In this document: in pieces, positions 10,135 through 19,491 of the stretch
Layout: every line of letters starts with the position of its first letter
Numbering within the stretch: position 1 is the stretch's first letter
Assembly (NCBI GenBank): GCA_013151965.1
Contig: JAADHF010000112.1
Coordinates: 29,668 to 93,667 of the forward strand
Reading direction: 5' to 3'
Source of the DNA: Spirochaetota bacterium
GTDB taxonomy: Bacteria; Spirochaetota; Spirochaetia; SZUA-6
Length of the DNA: 64,000 nt
Translations under genes and position numbers: made by a program
The notes under the pieces: generated by a model
What the model was told of the DNA's origin: nothing
The model's database searches: none
What the model saw: the letters and a program-made list of their open reading frames with translations, nothing else

Positions 10135-12051
10135 ATGAAAGATATAAAGGAAGAATTAAGCAGAATAATCGGCTCATCGAATTTTATCAGCAGTATAAGG
10201 GCAGTAAAAGAAAAAAGGGGAGAAAGCGTACTCTTCGGGGATTCCATACGGAAGCTTACCGAAGATGAGATAAAAATCCTTAAAGGTAACGGAAACTACT
10301 GTAATGACTGGTCTTTAATTGCGGTTGTTTATGATTTTAATCCGGGAAAAATCATAAACAGCCTCTTCTTCGGAAAATGTGTTTTGGGGAAATTTACCGG
10401 CGAAACAAGAGATGTTGCCGGAAGTATCTCTCTGCCCACAGGTATTTACAGAAGTACCATAATCAATTCGGAAATAGGAAATGAAGTATTTATTTTAGGA
10501 AACGGCAGTATATCCGGATACATAATAAAAAGCGGAGCTGCAGTTATTAATACGGTAAGTCTATCACATATTGCCGGCGGCTCCTTCGGTAATGGTCTGG
10601 AACTTGCAATCGGAATAGAAACGGGAGGCAGGGAAGTTCTTTCCTTTGCAGAATTGACAATAGATACCGCAGCACGCATTGCAACGGAGAGGGATAACGA
10701 ACAGGTACTCTCCGGCTATAACAGATCTGTTAAAGATTATACGGAAGCTGCAAAGAGCAGTTTCGGAGTGGTGGAAAAAAACGCACGGATATTGAATACA
10801 GTAAGAGTTGCAAATTCCTATATCGGTGATTATGCCGTTATAAATGGTGCGAATGTTATAGAAAATTCTACTATTTTAAGCGGCAGCGGAGAAGAAACAG
10901 AAATAAGCGGCGGAGCATATGTCAGAAATTCGTGTATCCAGTGGGGCTGTTCCGTATCGTCTATGGCAATCGTGGATAGTTCCGTATTAACGGAACATTC
11001 ACATGTGGAGCGCCATGGAAAAGTAACAGAAAGCATCATAGGCCCCAATACCGAAATTGCAGAGGGTGAAGTAACTTCATGTATAGTAGGGCCCTTTGTT
11101 GGTTTTCATCATCAGTCGCTTCTTATTGCCGCAATATGGCCGGAAGGCAGAGGGAATGTCGGATACGGTGCCAATGTCGGTTCCAATCATACATCAAAAG
11201 CACCTGACCAGGAAATCTTCTGCGGGGAAGGAACTTTTTTCGGACTTGGTGTAAATATTAAGTTTCCCTCCGATTTTTCCGCAGCACCTTACAGTATCAT
11301 AGCGACAGGGGTAAGCACACTTCCGCAGAAGGTAGAATTCCCTTTTTCTCTCATTAATGAACCTGCCGCTCATTTTCCCGGCATATCACCGGCATATAAC
11401 GAAATATTCCCTGCATGGGTTCTGTCCGACAATATCTATATGATAAGGCGTAATGAAGGAAAATACAGAAAACGAAATAAGGCAAAACGGACGCAATTTA
11501 TTTATGATGTTTTCAGACCGGATATTATAGACAGGATGATACGTGCACGGGAAACGCTTCTGTCTGTCCGGATAAAAAAGGATATCTATCTGGATAAGGA
11601 TATCAGGGGAATAGGAAAAAACTTTCTTCTGGAGAAAAACAGGGTCAAAGCAATAGAGACTTACTCATACTATATACGGTACTATGCCCTTTCCGGCATA
11701 AAAAAAATGATAGATAAAATAATCGGCAGCGGGAGAAAAATCAGGGAAAGCATGCTGCACGATAAACTTCCGGAAAACAAAAGATGGGAACATGAGCATA
11801 AGATTCTCTGCAAAGAGGGACTGGCAGATAACGGCATTAAAGAAAACCTTAAACTGCTGCTCGAAATGGAGGAAAAAATTGCACGCTCCACCGGGGAATC
11901 CAAGGCAAAGGATGATAAAAGGGGAAAAAGAATAATAAAAGACTACACTGCCGCACATAAACCGGCTGAAGAAGACAGTTTTGTTATCGAAACATGGAAA
12001 AAATATCATAATCTTAGAAAAGAGATAGAAAGCTATGAATTCTGCAGTTGA
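10135..12051 (+). CDS. DUF4954-like protein with a left-handed beta-helix (hexapeptide-repeat) core and a C-terminal helical domain
   Basis: Hexapeptide-like periodicity runs over about 250 aa (IGDYAVINGANVIENSTILSG...IIGPNTEIAEGEVTSCIVGPFVG...VGYGANVGSNHT). The downstream gene overlaps it by 17 nt. Confidence 0.6.
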   Translation: MKDIKEELSRIIGSSNFISSIRAVKEKRGESVLFGDSIRKLTEDEIKILKGNGNYCNDWSLIAVVYDFNPGKIINSLFFGKCVLGKFTGETRDVAGSISLPTGIYRSTIINSEIGNEVFILGNGSISGYIIKSGAAVINTVSLSHIAGGSFGNGLELAIGIETGGREVLSFAELTIDTAARIATERDNEQVLSGYNRSVKDYTEAAKSSFGVVEKNARILNTVRVANSYIGDYAVINGANVIENSTILSGSGEETEISGGAYVRNSCIQWGCSVSSMAIVDSSVLTEHSHVERHGKVTESIIGPNTEIAEGEVTSCIVGPFVGFHHQSLLIAAIWPEGRGNVGYGANVGSNHTSKAPDQEIFCGEGTFFGLGVNIKFPSDFSAAPYSIIATGVSTLPQKVEFPFSLINEPAAHFPGISPAYNEIFPAWVLSDNIYMIRRNEGKYRKRNKAKRTQFIYDVFRPDIIDRMIRARETLLSVRIKKDIYLDKDIRGIGKNFLLEKNRVKAIETYSYYIRYYALSGIKKMIDKIIGSGRKIRESMLHDKLPENKRWEHEHKILCKEGLADNGIKENLKLLLEMEEKIARSTGESKAKDDKRGKRIIKDYTAAHKPAEEDSFVIETWKKYHNLRKEIESYEFCS

Positions 12052-14368
12052 AATCAGGGCACTTGAAAAATCAGGGCATAAACTTAAGTACAGTCCGACA
12101 GAAAAAACAGGTGTTATAACGGTAGATAATTTTCCCGAACTGGGAACATTAACAGCATTAAGATTCTTGGAATGGGTGCAGAAAAACCCGGGCGGTGTAG
12201 TATCCCTGCCTACAGGCAAAACCCCCGAGTATTTTATAAAAGAGGTCAGAAGGTTAAAAGAAGGCTGGGAAAGCAGCTCCGTAAAAAAAGAACTCGAAAA
12301 CCGGGGAATAGACCCGTCTGTAAAACCGGACTTTAAAAGCCTCTGCTTTGTTCAGATAGATGAATTCTACCCGATAAGCCCTCTGCAGCATAACAGTTTT
12401 TACTACTATGTCAATGAGTTCTACATTAACGGTTTCGGACTCGATCCCGGAAAAGCTCTTCTTATAAACTGCAGCGAAATAGGCCTTCCCGAAGGAAAAC
12501 AGATGGAAGACATCTGGCCGGCGGGTAAAGTAGATCTGTCTCTGCGCTGCCGGGCTCCGGAAAGCAAAACGGAAATTCTGCAGAAGGAAACACTGTACAA
12601 AATAGACCAATGGTGCGTCGAGTACGAAAACAAAATACGTTCGTCAGGCGGAATAGGTTTTTTCTTAGGAGGCATAGGCCCTGACGGCCATATAGGATTT
12701 AATGTCCGCGGGTCGGATTTCTACTCCACAACACGTCTCGCCGGAACAAATTACGAAACACAGGCGGCTGCAGCTACCGACTTAGGCGGAATAGAAGTTG
12801 CCAGAAACCGGCTTGTCATTACCATCGGGCTTTCCACAATCACTTTTAACCCTGAATGTACTGCCATAATCATTGCAGCAGGAGACGCCAAAGCTAAAGT
12901 TATTGCAGATGCAGTTCAGAATAAAATGAATGTGGTATATCCTGCCACTGTCCTTCAGAAATTACCCAATGCACGTTTTTTCTTAACCAGGGGTGCATCC
13001 GGACTTTTAATAGAACGCAATGTAAAGTCATTCACCGAAAAAAGAGAACCGAAAACAGATGAAATAGAAAAAATCATAATCGACCTTTCCGCAGAAAAGG
13101 GCAAACCGGTCTCACAGCTTGTTCCCGAAGATTATAATGCTAATTCTCTGGCAAAAGCTCTATACAGAAGATATCCGGAAAAAATAAAAACATTTCAGGA
13201 TCGGACAATACAGGACCTTAAAGCTAAAATCGCACGGGGAACAAAAATAAACAGCGGCAGGGTATTCCTCCATACCGAACCGCACCATGATGATCTGATG
13301 CTCGGCTACCTTCCGTTTATAGTACGTCATATAAGAGACCACAGCACGCGGCACTACTTTACAACCCTGACAAGCGGTTTTACATCGGTTACCAATAAAT
13401 TCATGCTGAATCAATTAAAAAATCTCAAAGAATACATTAAAAAGGGATACTTTAACCGGCTATTCCGAACTAATTACTTCGATTCTGATAACGTCGAGGG
13501 GAAAAACAGGGATGTATGGCAGTACTTAGACGGTGTTGCTGCAGACTCGGAAGACATGAAACATGAGGGAGAATTAAGGCGTCTTACACGGAATCTTATC
13601 CATATATTCAATGAAAAGGAACTGCAGCAACTTGAGTACCGGATAGACGAACTTATAAACTATTTTAACACGCAATACCCGGGGAAAAAGGATATTCGGC
13701 ACATTCAGCTCTTAAAAGGGATGAGCAGGGAGTGGGAAGCAGACTGCCTCTGGGGATATTTCGGCTGGCATTCGGATTCTATTTTTCATTTAAGATTAAG
13801 CTTTTACAGGGGTGATATCTTTACAGAGGAACCTACCGTAGAGGGTGATGTAACCCCTGTCCTTAATCTTTTAAAAAAGATTAATCCGGATATTGTTACA
13901 GTGGCATTCGATCCGGAGGCAAGCGGACCGGACACTCACTACAAGGTACTCCAGGCGGTTACGGAAGCCTTAAAGCTTTACGAAAAGGAATCCGGCCGTT
14001 CCGATATAGAAATAATCGGCTACAGAAATATCTGGTACCGGTTCCACCCCTCGGAAGCGGACATCTTCGTGCCCGTTTCGCTTAATATGTTTTCTCTCCA
14101 GTCCAATGCCTTTTTAAACTCCTTTATAACTCAAAAAACCGCCTCTTTCCCCAGTTACCTTCATGACGGGCCGTTTTCCGAACTGGCTCAGAAGATACAG
14201 GTAGAACAGTACCAGACGCTTAAAACCTGTCTCGGAAGAGATTTTTTTAACAATCACAGAGTTGCACTTATGCGTGCAACACGGGGAATGGTATTCCTGA
14301 AGAAGATGAGTTTAACGGAATTTTACCGGTACTCACGGGAGCTGAAAAAGGGAACAGAGAATAGATAG
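12035..14368 (+). CDS. Fusion protein: NagB-like sugar-phosphate isomerase/deaminase domain (N-terminus) plus PIG-L/LmbE-family N-acetylglucosaminyl deacetylase-like domain (C-terminus)
   Basis: The N-terminus has SLPTGKTP, FVQIDEF and GGIGPDGHIGFN, which are NagB motifs. The C-terminus has HTEPHHDDLMLGY (the PIG-L PHxDD motif), with further H/D residues downstream. Length is 777 aa. Confidence 0.7.
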   Translation: MNSAVEIRALEKSGHKLKYSPTEKTGVITVDNFPELGTLTALRFLEWVQKNPGGVVSLPTGKTPEYFIKEVRRLKEGWESSSVKKELENRGIDPSVKPDFKSLCFVQIDEFYPISPLQHNSFYYYVNEFYINGFGLDPGKALLINCSEIGLPEGKQMEDIWPAGKVDLSLRCRAPESKTEILQKETLYKIDQWCVEYENKIRSSGGIGFFLGGIGPDGHIGFNVRGSDFYSTTRLAGTNYETQAAAATDLGGIEVARNRLVITIGLSTITFNPECTAIIIAAGDAKAKVIADAVQNKMNVVYPATVLQKLPNARFFLTRGASGLLIERNVKSFTEKREPKTDEIEKIIIDLSAEKGKPVSQLVPEDYNANSLAKALYRRYPEKIKTFQDRTIQDLKAKIARGTKINSGRVFLHTEPHHDDLMLGYLPFIVRHIRDHSTRHYFTTLTSGFTSVTNKFMLNQLKNLKEYIKKGYFNRLFRTNYFDSDNVEGKNRDVWQYLDGVAADSEDMKHEGELRRLTRNLIHIFNEKELQQLEYRIDELINYFNTQYPGKKDIRHIQLLKGMSREWEADCLWGYFGWHSDSIFHLRLSFYRGDIFTEEPTVEGDVTPVLNLLKKINPDIVTVAFDPEASGPDTHYKVLQAVTEALKLYEKESGRSDIEIIGYRNIWYRFHPSEADIFVPVSLNMFSLQSNAFLNSFITQKTASFPSYLHDGPFSELAQKIQVEQYQTLKTCLGRDFFNNHRVALMRATRGMVFLKKMSLTEFYRYSRELKKGTENR

Positions 14369-14383
14369 CATAATCTTCTGCAG

Positions 14384-14686
14384 CTATCTGGGTATTCTCT
14401 TTCGCACAATTACCGTAATAAAGGCAAAGATAAAGAAGATCATCGGAAGAACAGACAACAACAGCTTAAGGGCGGGAACTCCGTAAAGAGTAATTACTAT
14501 ATTGCCGGTAATACCGAATATTTCAAGTGTCGTATATACAATATTTATATACTGCACGATAGTTCCTATTATTACAAATATCCAGGCGATATCCCGGGTT
14601 TTCGACCAGAGTAAAACTGCAAAAAAGGTGGCAATGCCGCCCACTGCAACCTTTGAAATAATCAATACGAAATCAGCAAATTCCAT
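14384..14686 (-). CDS. Small membrane protein (three TM helices)
   Basis: Hydrophobic 100-aa ORF, 4 nt downstream of the HemL-like gene on the same strand. Confidence 0.4.
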   Translation of the reverse strand: MEFADFVLIISKVAVGGIATFFAVLLWSKTRDIAWIFVIIGTIVQYINIVYTTLEIFGITGNIVITLYGVPALKLLLSVLPMIFFIFAFITVIVRKRIPR

Positions 14687-14689
14687 TCT

Positions 14690-15523
14690 CTACTTTCCGT
14701 TTATAACTTTTAAAAGTCCGATTATCTTTTTCCGTTCCCCGTCCGAGAGCCCTCCGGGCATAATTGTAGGACCCGGGAAACAGGGAGATATAATTACCCC
14801 TTCAGCCAAAAACTTTTTAAATACGTTTTCGTACTCTGAAATACTGCACTCGGCTTTAAGGTAGATACCCTCCCTCTTCCAGATATTAAACGACTTAGGC
14901 AGCGAAAGGTCAACCCAGTCCGGTATTTTATAATGTTTTAGCCGGTACATCACATGAATAACACCGGCTAAAAGAACTGGAGAAACAGTATCCGAAGCAG
15001 GCAGTACATCCGCGGCCTTATCTTTAGAATCTTTAAAGCACAGTACCGCCGGAGAACCGCCGGCTGCAAAAGGGAAAAGGGGAACGAGCATTTTGTATTT
15101 CTTATAAAAAGTACTGTCCGTAAAGGGCCGCCAGTATGCGGCTTTATAACTTTTATCATCAGGGCCGCCGGCCGAAATCAGTACGGGATCCGTAATATCC
15201 TCTGCAGTTATACTCCCGCCGGATAACAAAGAAATATCCTTTAAAACTCTTTCAAAAGACCTTCTTATTCTAAATGTACTGTAAGCGGGAAATATTGTGA
15301 TAAGAAGTCTTATTAACCTCTTTTCATAAACCGAAGGAAAATCGTACAGCAGCCCTTTGGAAAGAGTATTCTTTAGTGTCCTTGAAAGTTTTTCCGCCCT
15401 GTGACCCAGGAGTGCATGCCCGTTATTCTGATAACAGTCTATATACCTTCTGCCTGTGCAGCCATACAATCTATAGTCCCTGGCTCTTTTGATTTCAGGG
15501 ATAAGTTTATTAAGGTCTATCAA
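14690..15523 (-). CDS. Short, apparently degenerate class-III aminotransferase-like (HemL-like) protein
   Basis: The N-terminus RARDYRLYGCTGRRYIDCYQNNGHALLGH parallels the HemL/AT-III motif DxDGxxYIDxxxGxxxxLGH. The C-terminus EGVIISPCFPG parallels HemL EGVYLAPSQFE. The protein is only 277 aa, and the region aligning to the PLP-lysine loop reads LVPLFPFAAGGSP, with no Lys. Confidence 0.4.
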   Translation of the reverse strand: MIDLNKLIPEIKRARDYRLYGCTGRRYIDCYQNNGHALLGHRAEKLSRTLKNTLSKGLLYDFPSVYEKRLIRLLITIFPAYSTFRIRRSFERVLKDISLLSGGSITAEDITDPVLISAGGPDDKSYKAAYWRPFTDSTFYKKYKMLVPLFPFAAGGSPAVLCFKDSKDKAADVLPASDTVSPVLLAGVIHVMYRLKHYKIPDWVDLSLPKSFNIWKREGIYLKAECSISEYENVFKKFLAEGVIISPCFPGPTIMPGGLSDGERKKIIGLLKVINGK

Positions 15524-16292
15524 CTTTAAAATCTCTCCGTATCATTGCATATGCACTGTGATTATGAATTGATTCCATATTCTCCGCTTCTACGGAAAAA
15601 AAACGGAGATAGGATAATTTCTCCAGTCTTGCCGCCACTTCCCGGACAACATCCTCCACAAATTTGGGGTTTTTATATGCCTGCTCTGTAATGTATTTCT
15701 CGTCTTCGCGCTTCAGCAGAGAGTAGAGAGGACAGGAAGCGGATTCTTCTGCAATCGTAATCAGGTCTTCTATCCATACAAACTTAATCATTTCCACTGT
15801 AATTGTCACATATCCCCTCTGATTATGGGCCGAAAAATCGGAAATTTCTTTGGAACACGGGCACAGTGTATGAACAGGAATTCGTACCGTTGTTGTTATG
15901 GAAAGATGCTTATCATAGGTAGCGGCAATAATACAGTCATAAGACATCAGGGATTCCCACAGAGTAACGGGGGCCTTTTTTGTTAAAAAGTACGGAAACG
16001 AAAATTCGAGATGCGATTTTTCGGCATTCAGTCTTTCCTTCATCCTTAGGAGTATTCTGTCCAGATTCTTATAGCTTACCTCTCCCTTAAACTCGTTAAG
16101 TACTTCTACAAGCCTGCTCATATGGGTACCCCGGTAATGATGGGGCAGGTTTACATAAAGGCTCACATCCGCAACTGTCGGCTGTCTCTGGTTCTTTCTA
16201 TCCTGTACGACAATAGGATACCTGATATTTTTTATTCCGACACAGTTAATAGGTATATTTCTTTTATCCCTTGAATTTTGAATATCAACCAT
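15510..16292 (-). CDS. folE2: GTP cyclohydrolase FolE2/MptA family
   Basis: CPCSKEIS...HNQR and the HNHSA motif are characteristic of COG1469. The likely start is MVDIQNSRDKR at 16292. The longer annotated ORF begins at 16325. Confidence 0.75.
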   Translation of the reverse strand: MVDIQNSRDKRNIPINCVGIKNIRYPIVVQDRKNQRQPTVADVSLYVNLPHHYRGTHMSRLVEVLNEFKGEVSYKNLDRILLRMKERLNAEKSHLEFSFPYFLTKKAPVTLWESLMSYDCIIAATYDKHLSITTTVRIPVHTLCPCSKEISDFSAHNQRGYVTITVEMIKFVWIEDLITIAEESASCPLYSLLKREDEKYITEQAYKNPKFVEDVVREVAARLEKLSYLRFFSVEAENMESIHNHSAYAMIRRDFKVDRP

Positions 16293-17739
16293 CACCAAGC
16301 TTTTCCCTGAGGATTGCCGCAGCAACTTGAGGATTTGCCCTGCCTTTTGTCAGCTTCATTATCCGGCCCATAAGAAACTTAATGGCATGATCCTTCCCCT
16401 TACGAAAATCGGCTACCGACTGCGGATTTTCTTTCATAACCTCCGCAACAAACCCTTCCAGTTTATCCCTGTCGGTAATCTGATTCAGTTTAAGTTTTTT
16501 AACAATAGTATCCGGAGACTCTCCGGATCCGGCCATCCTTGCAAAGACCTTCTTTGCAATCTTGCTGCTTATAATGCCGCTGTCAACAATTTCCATTAAT
16601 TTTGTTATATTTTCCGGGGGGAGAGAAAACTCCTCTATCGTAAGTCCTTCGGTATTCAAGTAGCCTCCGACCTCCGTTATTATCCAGCTTGCTATTTTTA
16701 CCGGTTCTCTATAACCCTTTGCGGCAGCCTCGAAGTAATCGCTTAAAGCCTTCGACGCAGCAAGAACAGAAGCCGCACCCTTCTTAAGTCCGTACTGCGA
16801 AACAAATCTCTTTCTCTTTGCAGCGGGCAGTTCGCCTACTCTTTTGCCCATTTCCGCTTCCAGATCTTTCGTTATCACTACAGGTTTTAAATCCGGCTCG
16901 GGAAAATATCTGTAATCCGCCTCTTCTTCTTTTTCCCGCTGTACTACGGTTTCCCCTGTCCTGTCATTATAACCCCTTGTTACTTTCCCTGTATCCGTAA
17001 GAGTCAGACGTTTCTCTCCCCATTCGGCAAGCTGCCTTTTAATCTCGTATTTAAGTGCATTCCGCATGGCCTTAAACGAATTCATATTCTTTACTTCGGA
17101 GATCGGGGTTTCGTACCTTTTATCATCTTCATAGATCCACAGGTTGATGTTTGCATCACACCTAAGGGACCCTTCCTCCATATTGCAGTCCGATATGCCC
17201 AGATACTTCATTATCTCGCGAATTCCCTGCACATACGAAACAGCCTCTAAAGGCGAGCGCATATCAGGTTCCGAAACAATCTCCAGAAGCGGAGTACCGC
17301 AGCGGTTAAAGTCCACATAGCTCAATCCGGAACCGTCTTCAAGGTGTAAATTTTTGCCTGCGTCCTCTTCCATATGCAGACGAATAATCCTTATGCTCTT
17401 TTTCCCGTCTCCGGTTTCTATATCGAGTTTCCCGCCTGTGCAGACAGGCATATCGTACTGTGAAATCTGATACCCCTTCGGCAGGTCGGGATACATGTAA
17501 TTCTTTCTGTCGAACCCGGTTACAGACGCCACTTTACAGTTTAAGGCCAGGCCGGCTAAAACAGCATCTTCTATCATTTTCTGGTTAACGACAGGCAGAG
17601 CTCCGGGCAGACCGAGACATACGGGACATACCCTGGTATTAGGTATTCCGCCGAACCTGTTTTCGCAGCTGCAGAAAGCCTTTGTTTTCGTTAACAGCTG
17701 GACATGAACTTCACAACCGATAACTACCTCATATTTCAC
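16285..17739 (-). CDS. gatB: Asp/Glu-tRNA amidotransferase subunit B
   Basis: The N-terminus YEVVIGCEVHVQL and the C-terminal YqeY-like tail identify GatB. Confidence 0.92.
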   Translation of the reverse strand: MKYEVVIGCEVHVQLLTKTKAFCSCENRFGGIPNTRVCPVCLGLPGALPVVNQKMIEDAVLAGLALNCKVASVTGFDRKNYMYPDLPKGYQISQYDMPVCTGGKLDIETGDGKKSIRIIRLHMEEDAGKNLHLEDGSGLSYVDFNRCGTPLLEIVSEPDMRSPLEAVSYVQGIREIMKYLGISDCNMEEGSLRCDANINLWIYEDDKRYETPISEVKNMNSFKAMRNALKYEIKRQLAEWGEKRLTLTDTGKVTRGYNDRTGETVVQREKEEEADYRYFPEPDLKPVVITKDLEAEMGKRVGELPAAKRKRFVSQYGLKKGAASVLAASKALSDYFEAAAKGYREPVKIASWIITEVGGYLNTEGLTIEEFSLPPENITKLMEIVDSGIISSKIAKKVFARMAGSGESPDTIVKKLKLNQITDRDKLEGFVAEVMKENPQSVADFRKGKDHAIKFLMGRIMKLTKGRANPQVAAAILREKLGDG

Positions 17740-19183
17740 CGCGGCGCCCCTTTAAAAACCAGGTTTTAGCGGCACGCAATAGACCCTTTTCGCCGAACAT
17801 GCGTCCTGTTAACTGCATGCCGACCGGCAGTCCATCAGAAGTCGTACCTGCCGGAATCGAAACGGCAGGCAGCAGCGCGAGGTTTGCAAAGATGGTACAG
17901 ATGTCGGTAAGGTACATCGAAAGGGGATTATCGATTTTGGACCCGAGTTTAAACGGCGGGACAGGTGATGTGGGCGAGAGAATATATTCATACTCTTCGA
18001 GGATTCTATTCAGTTCTTTTTTAAGAAGATATCTTACCTGCATCGCTTTTTTATAATAGGCATCGTAGTACCCTGCGGAAAGCACGTAATTGCCGAGAAA
18101 AATTCTCCTTTTAACCTCGTCTCCGAATCCTTTTGTCCTGGTATTAACGTATAAATCTTCCAGGTTATTACCTGTAATATCCCTTAGACCGTACCTTACT
18201 CCGTCGTACCTTGCAAGATTGGAAGAAGCTTCGGCAGGGGCAATAATATAGTACATGGCAACAGTTGTCTTAAGGAGCGGCATGGATACTCTCTCCGGGA
18301 CTGCACCTTCGCTTCTAAGCCATGAACAGAACCGTTCCAATACTATGCCGACTTCTTTGTCTATACCTTCACCCGACAATTCTTCAGGTATTGCAATTTT
18401 TTTTCCCTTTAACCGCATTCTTTTAAGGGGGAACAGAGCGGAAAAATCGACATCTTCGGAAGTAAAGTCATTGGAATCGAATCCCGATGCCACACTGATA
18501 ACAAGGGCAATATCATCCGGATCTCCGGAAATAACACCTATCTGATCCATAGATGAGCCGAATGCAACCAGGCCGTAACGGGAAAGACTGCCGTATGTAG
18601 GTTTAAAGCCGTAGGTTCCGCAGAATGAAGCGGGAAGCCGTACCGAACCCCCTGTTTCCGATCCCAGAGCACAAGGTGCCTGGCCCGATGCAACAACCGC
18701 AGCGGAACCGCCCGAACTTCCCCCTGTTACATATTCCCTGTTAACAGGATTCTTAGAGGACCCGTATACAGAATACTCACAGGTGGAACCCATGGCAAAC
18801 TCATCCATATTTGTTCTGCCTACGGGAATAATGCCCTCATTCATAAGCCGCTCCACAACGGTAGAAGAGTAAGGAGCTGTAAATCCCTGCAGTATCGCAG
18901 AACCGCAGGTAGCTTTTCTGCTGCTTATCAGTATGTTGTCCTTAACAGCAATCGGAAGTCCTTCGAGAATTCCCGAAGTACCGGTTTTTCTCGCCTCATC
19001 CGCCTTTACCGCCAGCTCCTCTGCATCACTAAAAAACTCGATATAGCCGTTTAAAGGTACCGGTTTTTTCCTGTCACTTTCATACTGTTCCTTAAAGGAC
19101 GTAATTATTTCCAGAGCCGATACTTCTCCCCTGTCCAGCAGTCTTTTAAGCTCCGTTAAACTTTTGCCGGCAATCTGACCCAT
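17729..19183 (-). CDS. gatA: Asp/Glu-tRNA amidotransferase subunit A (amidase family)
   Basis: The amidase signature GGSSGGSAAVVASG...GSETGGSVRLPASFCG is present. Confidence 0.92.
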   Translation of the reverse strand: MGQIAGKSLTELKRLLDRGEVSALEIITSFKEQYESDRKKPVPLNGYIEFFSDAEELAVKADEARKTGTSGILEGLPIAVKDNILISSRKATCGSAILQGFTAPYSSTVVERLMNEGIIPVGRTNMDEFAMGSTCEYSVYGSSKNPVNREYVTGGSSGGSAAVVASGQAPCALGSETGGSVRLPASFCGTYGFKPTYGSLSRYGLVAFGSSMDQIGVISGDPDDIALVISVASGFDSNDFTSEDVDFSALFPLKRMRLKGKKIAIPEELSGEGIDKEVGIVLERFCSWLRSEGAVPERVSMPLLKTTVAMYYIIAPAEASSNLARYDGVRYGLRDITGNNLEDLYVNTRTKGFGDEVKRRIFLGNYVLSAGYYDAYYKKAMQVRYLLKKELNRILEEYEYILSPTSPVPPFKLGSKIDNPLSMYLTDICTIFANLALLPAVSIPAGTTSDGLPVGMQLTGRMFGEKGLLRAAKTWFLKGRRGEI

Positions 19184-19491
19184 TATTTATCCTCCCCTCC
19201 GGAAGCATCCTCAAGAATCCGCGGAACCGGGAAATAACCGTCCTGGAAATCCGCTGCAAAGGTTTTTATGATAGCCAGAGAAAAGGAATCCTTAATTTCA
19301 TCGACCCTTAAATCTTCGATCGGAATACCTTCCCCGGCACTCAATTCCACATTTTCAGTATCCACGCCTGTTAAAACTTTAAAATAAGAAAGTATTTCCT
19401 CTATCTGTTTTCGAAATTTCTCCTTTTCCTCACCGCTTACCTGCAGTTTGCTCATATAAAGAACAGAATCCAGAACCTTATCATCAATCAT
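19183..19491 (-). CDS. gatC: Asp/Glu-tRNA amidotransferase subunit C
   Basis: About 100 aa, sitting directly upstream of gatA in the canonical gatCAB arrangement. Confidence 0.8.
   Translation of the reverse strand: MIDDKVLDSVLYMSKLQVSGEEKEKFRKQIEEILSYFKVLTGVDTENVELSAGEGIPIEDLRVDEIKDSFSLAIIKTFAADFQDGYFPVPRILEDASGGEDK

Noticed and set aside
11665-12219. 184-aa minus-strand ORF
   Set aside because: It is antisense to the DUF4954/NagB-like junction. The sequence is hydrophobic and low-complexity, and no upstream RBS is evident.
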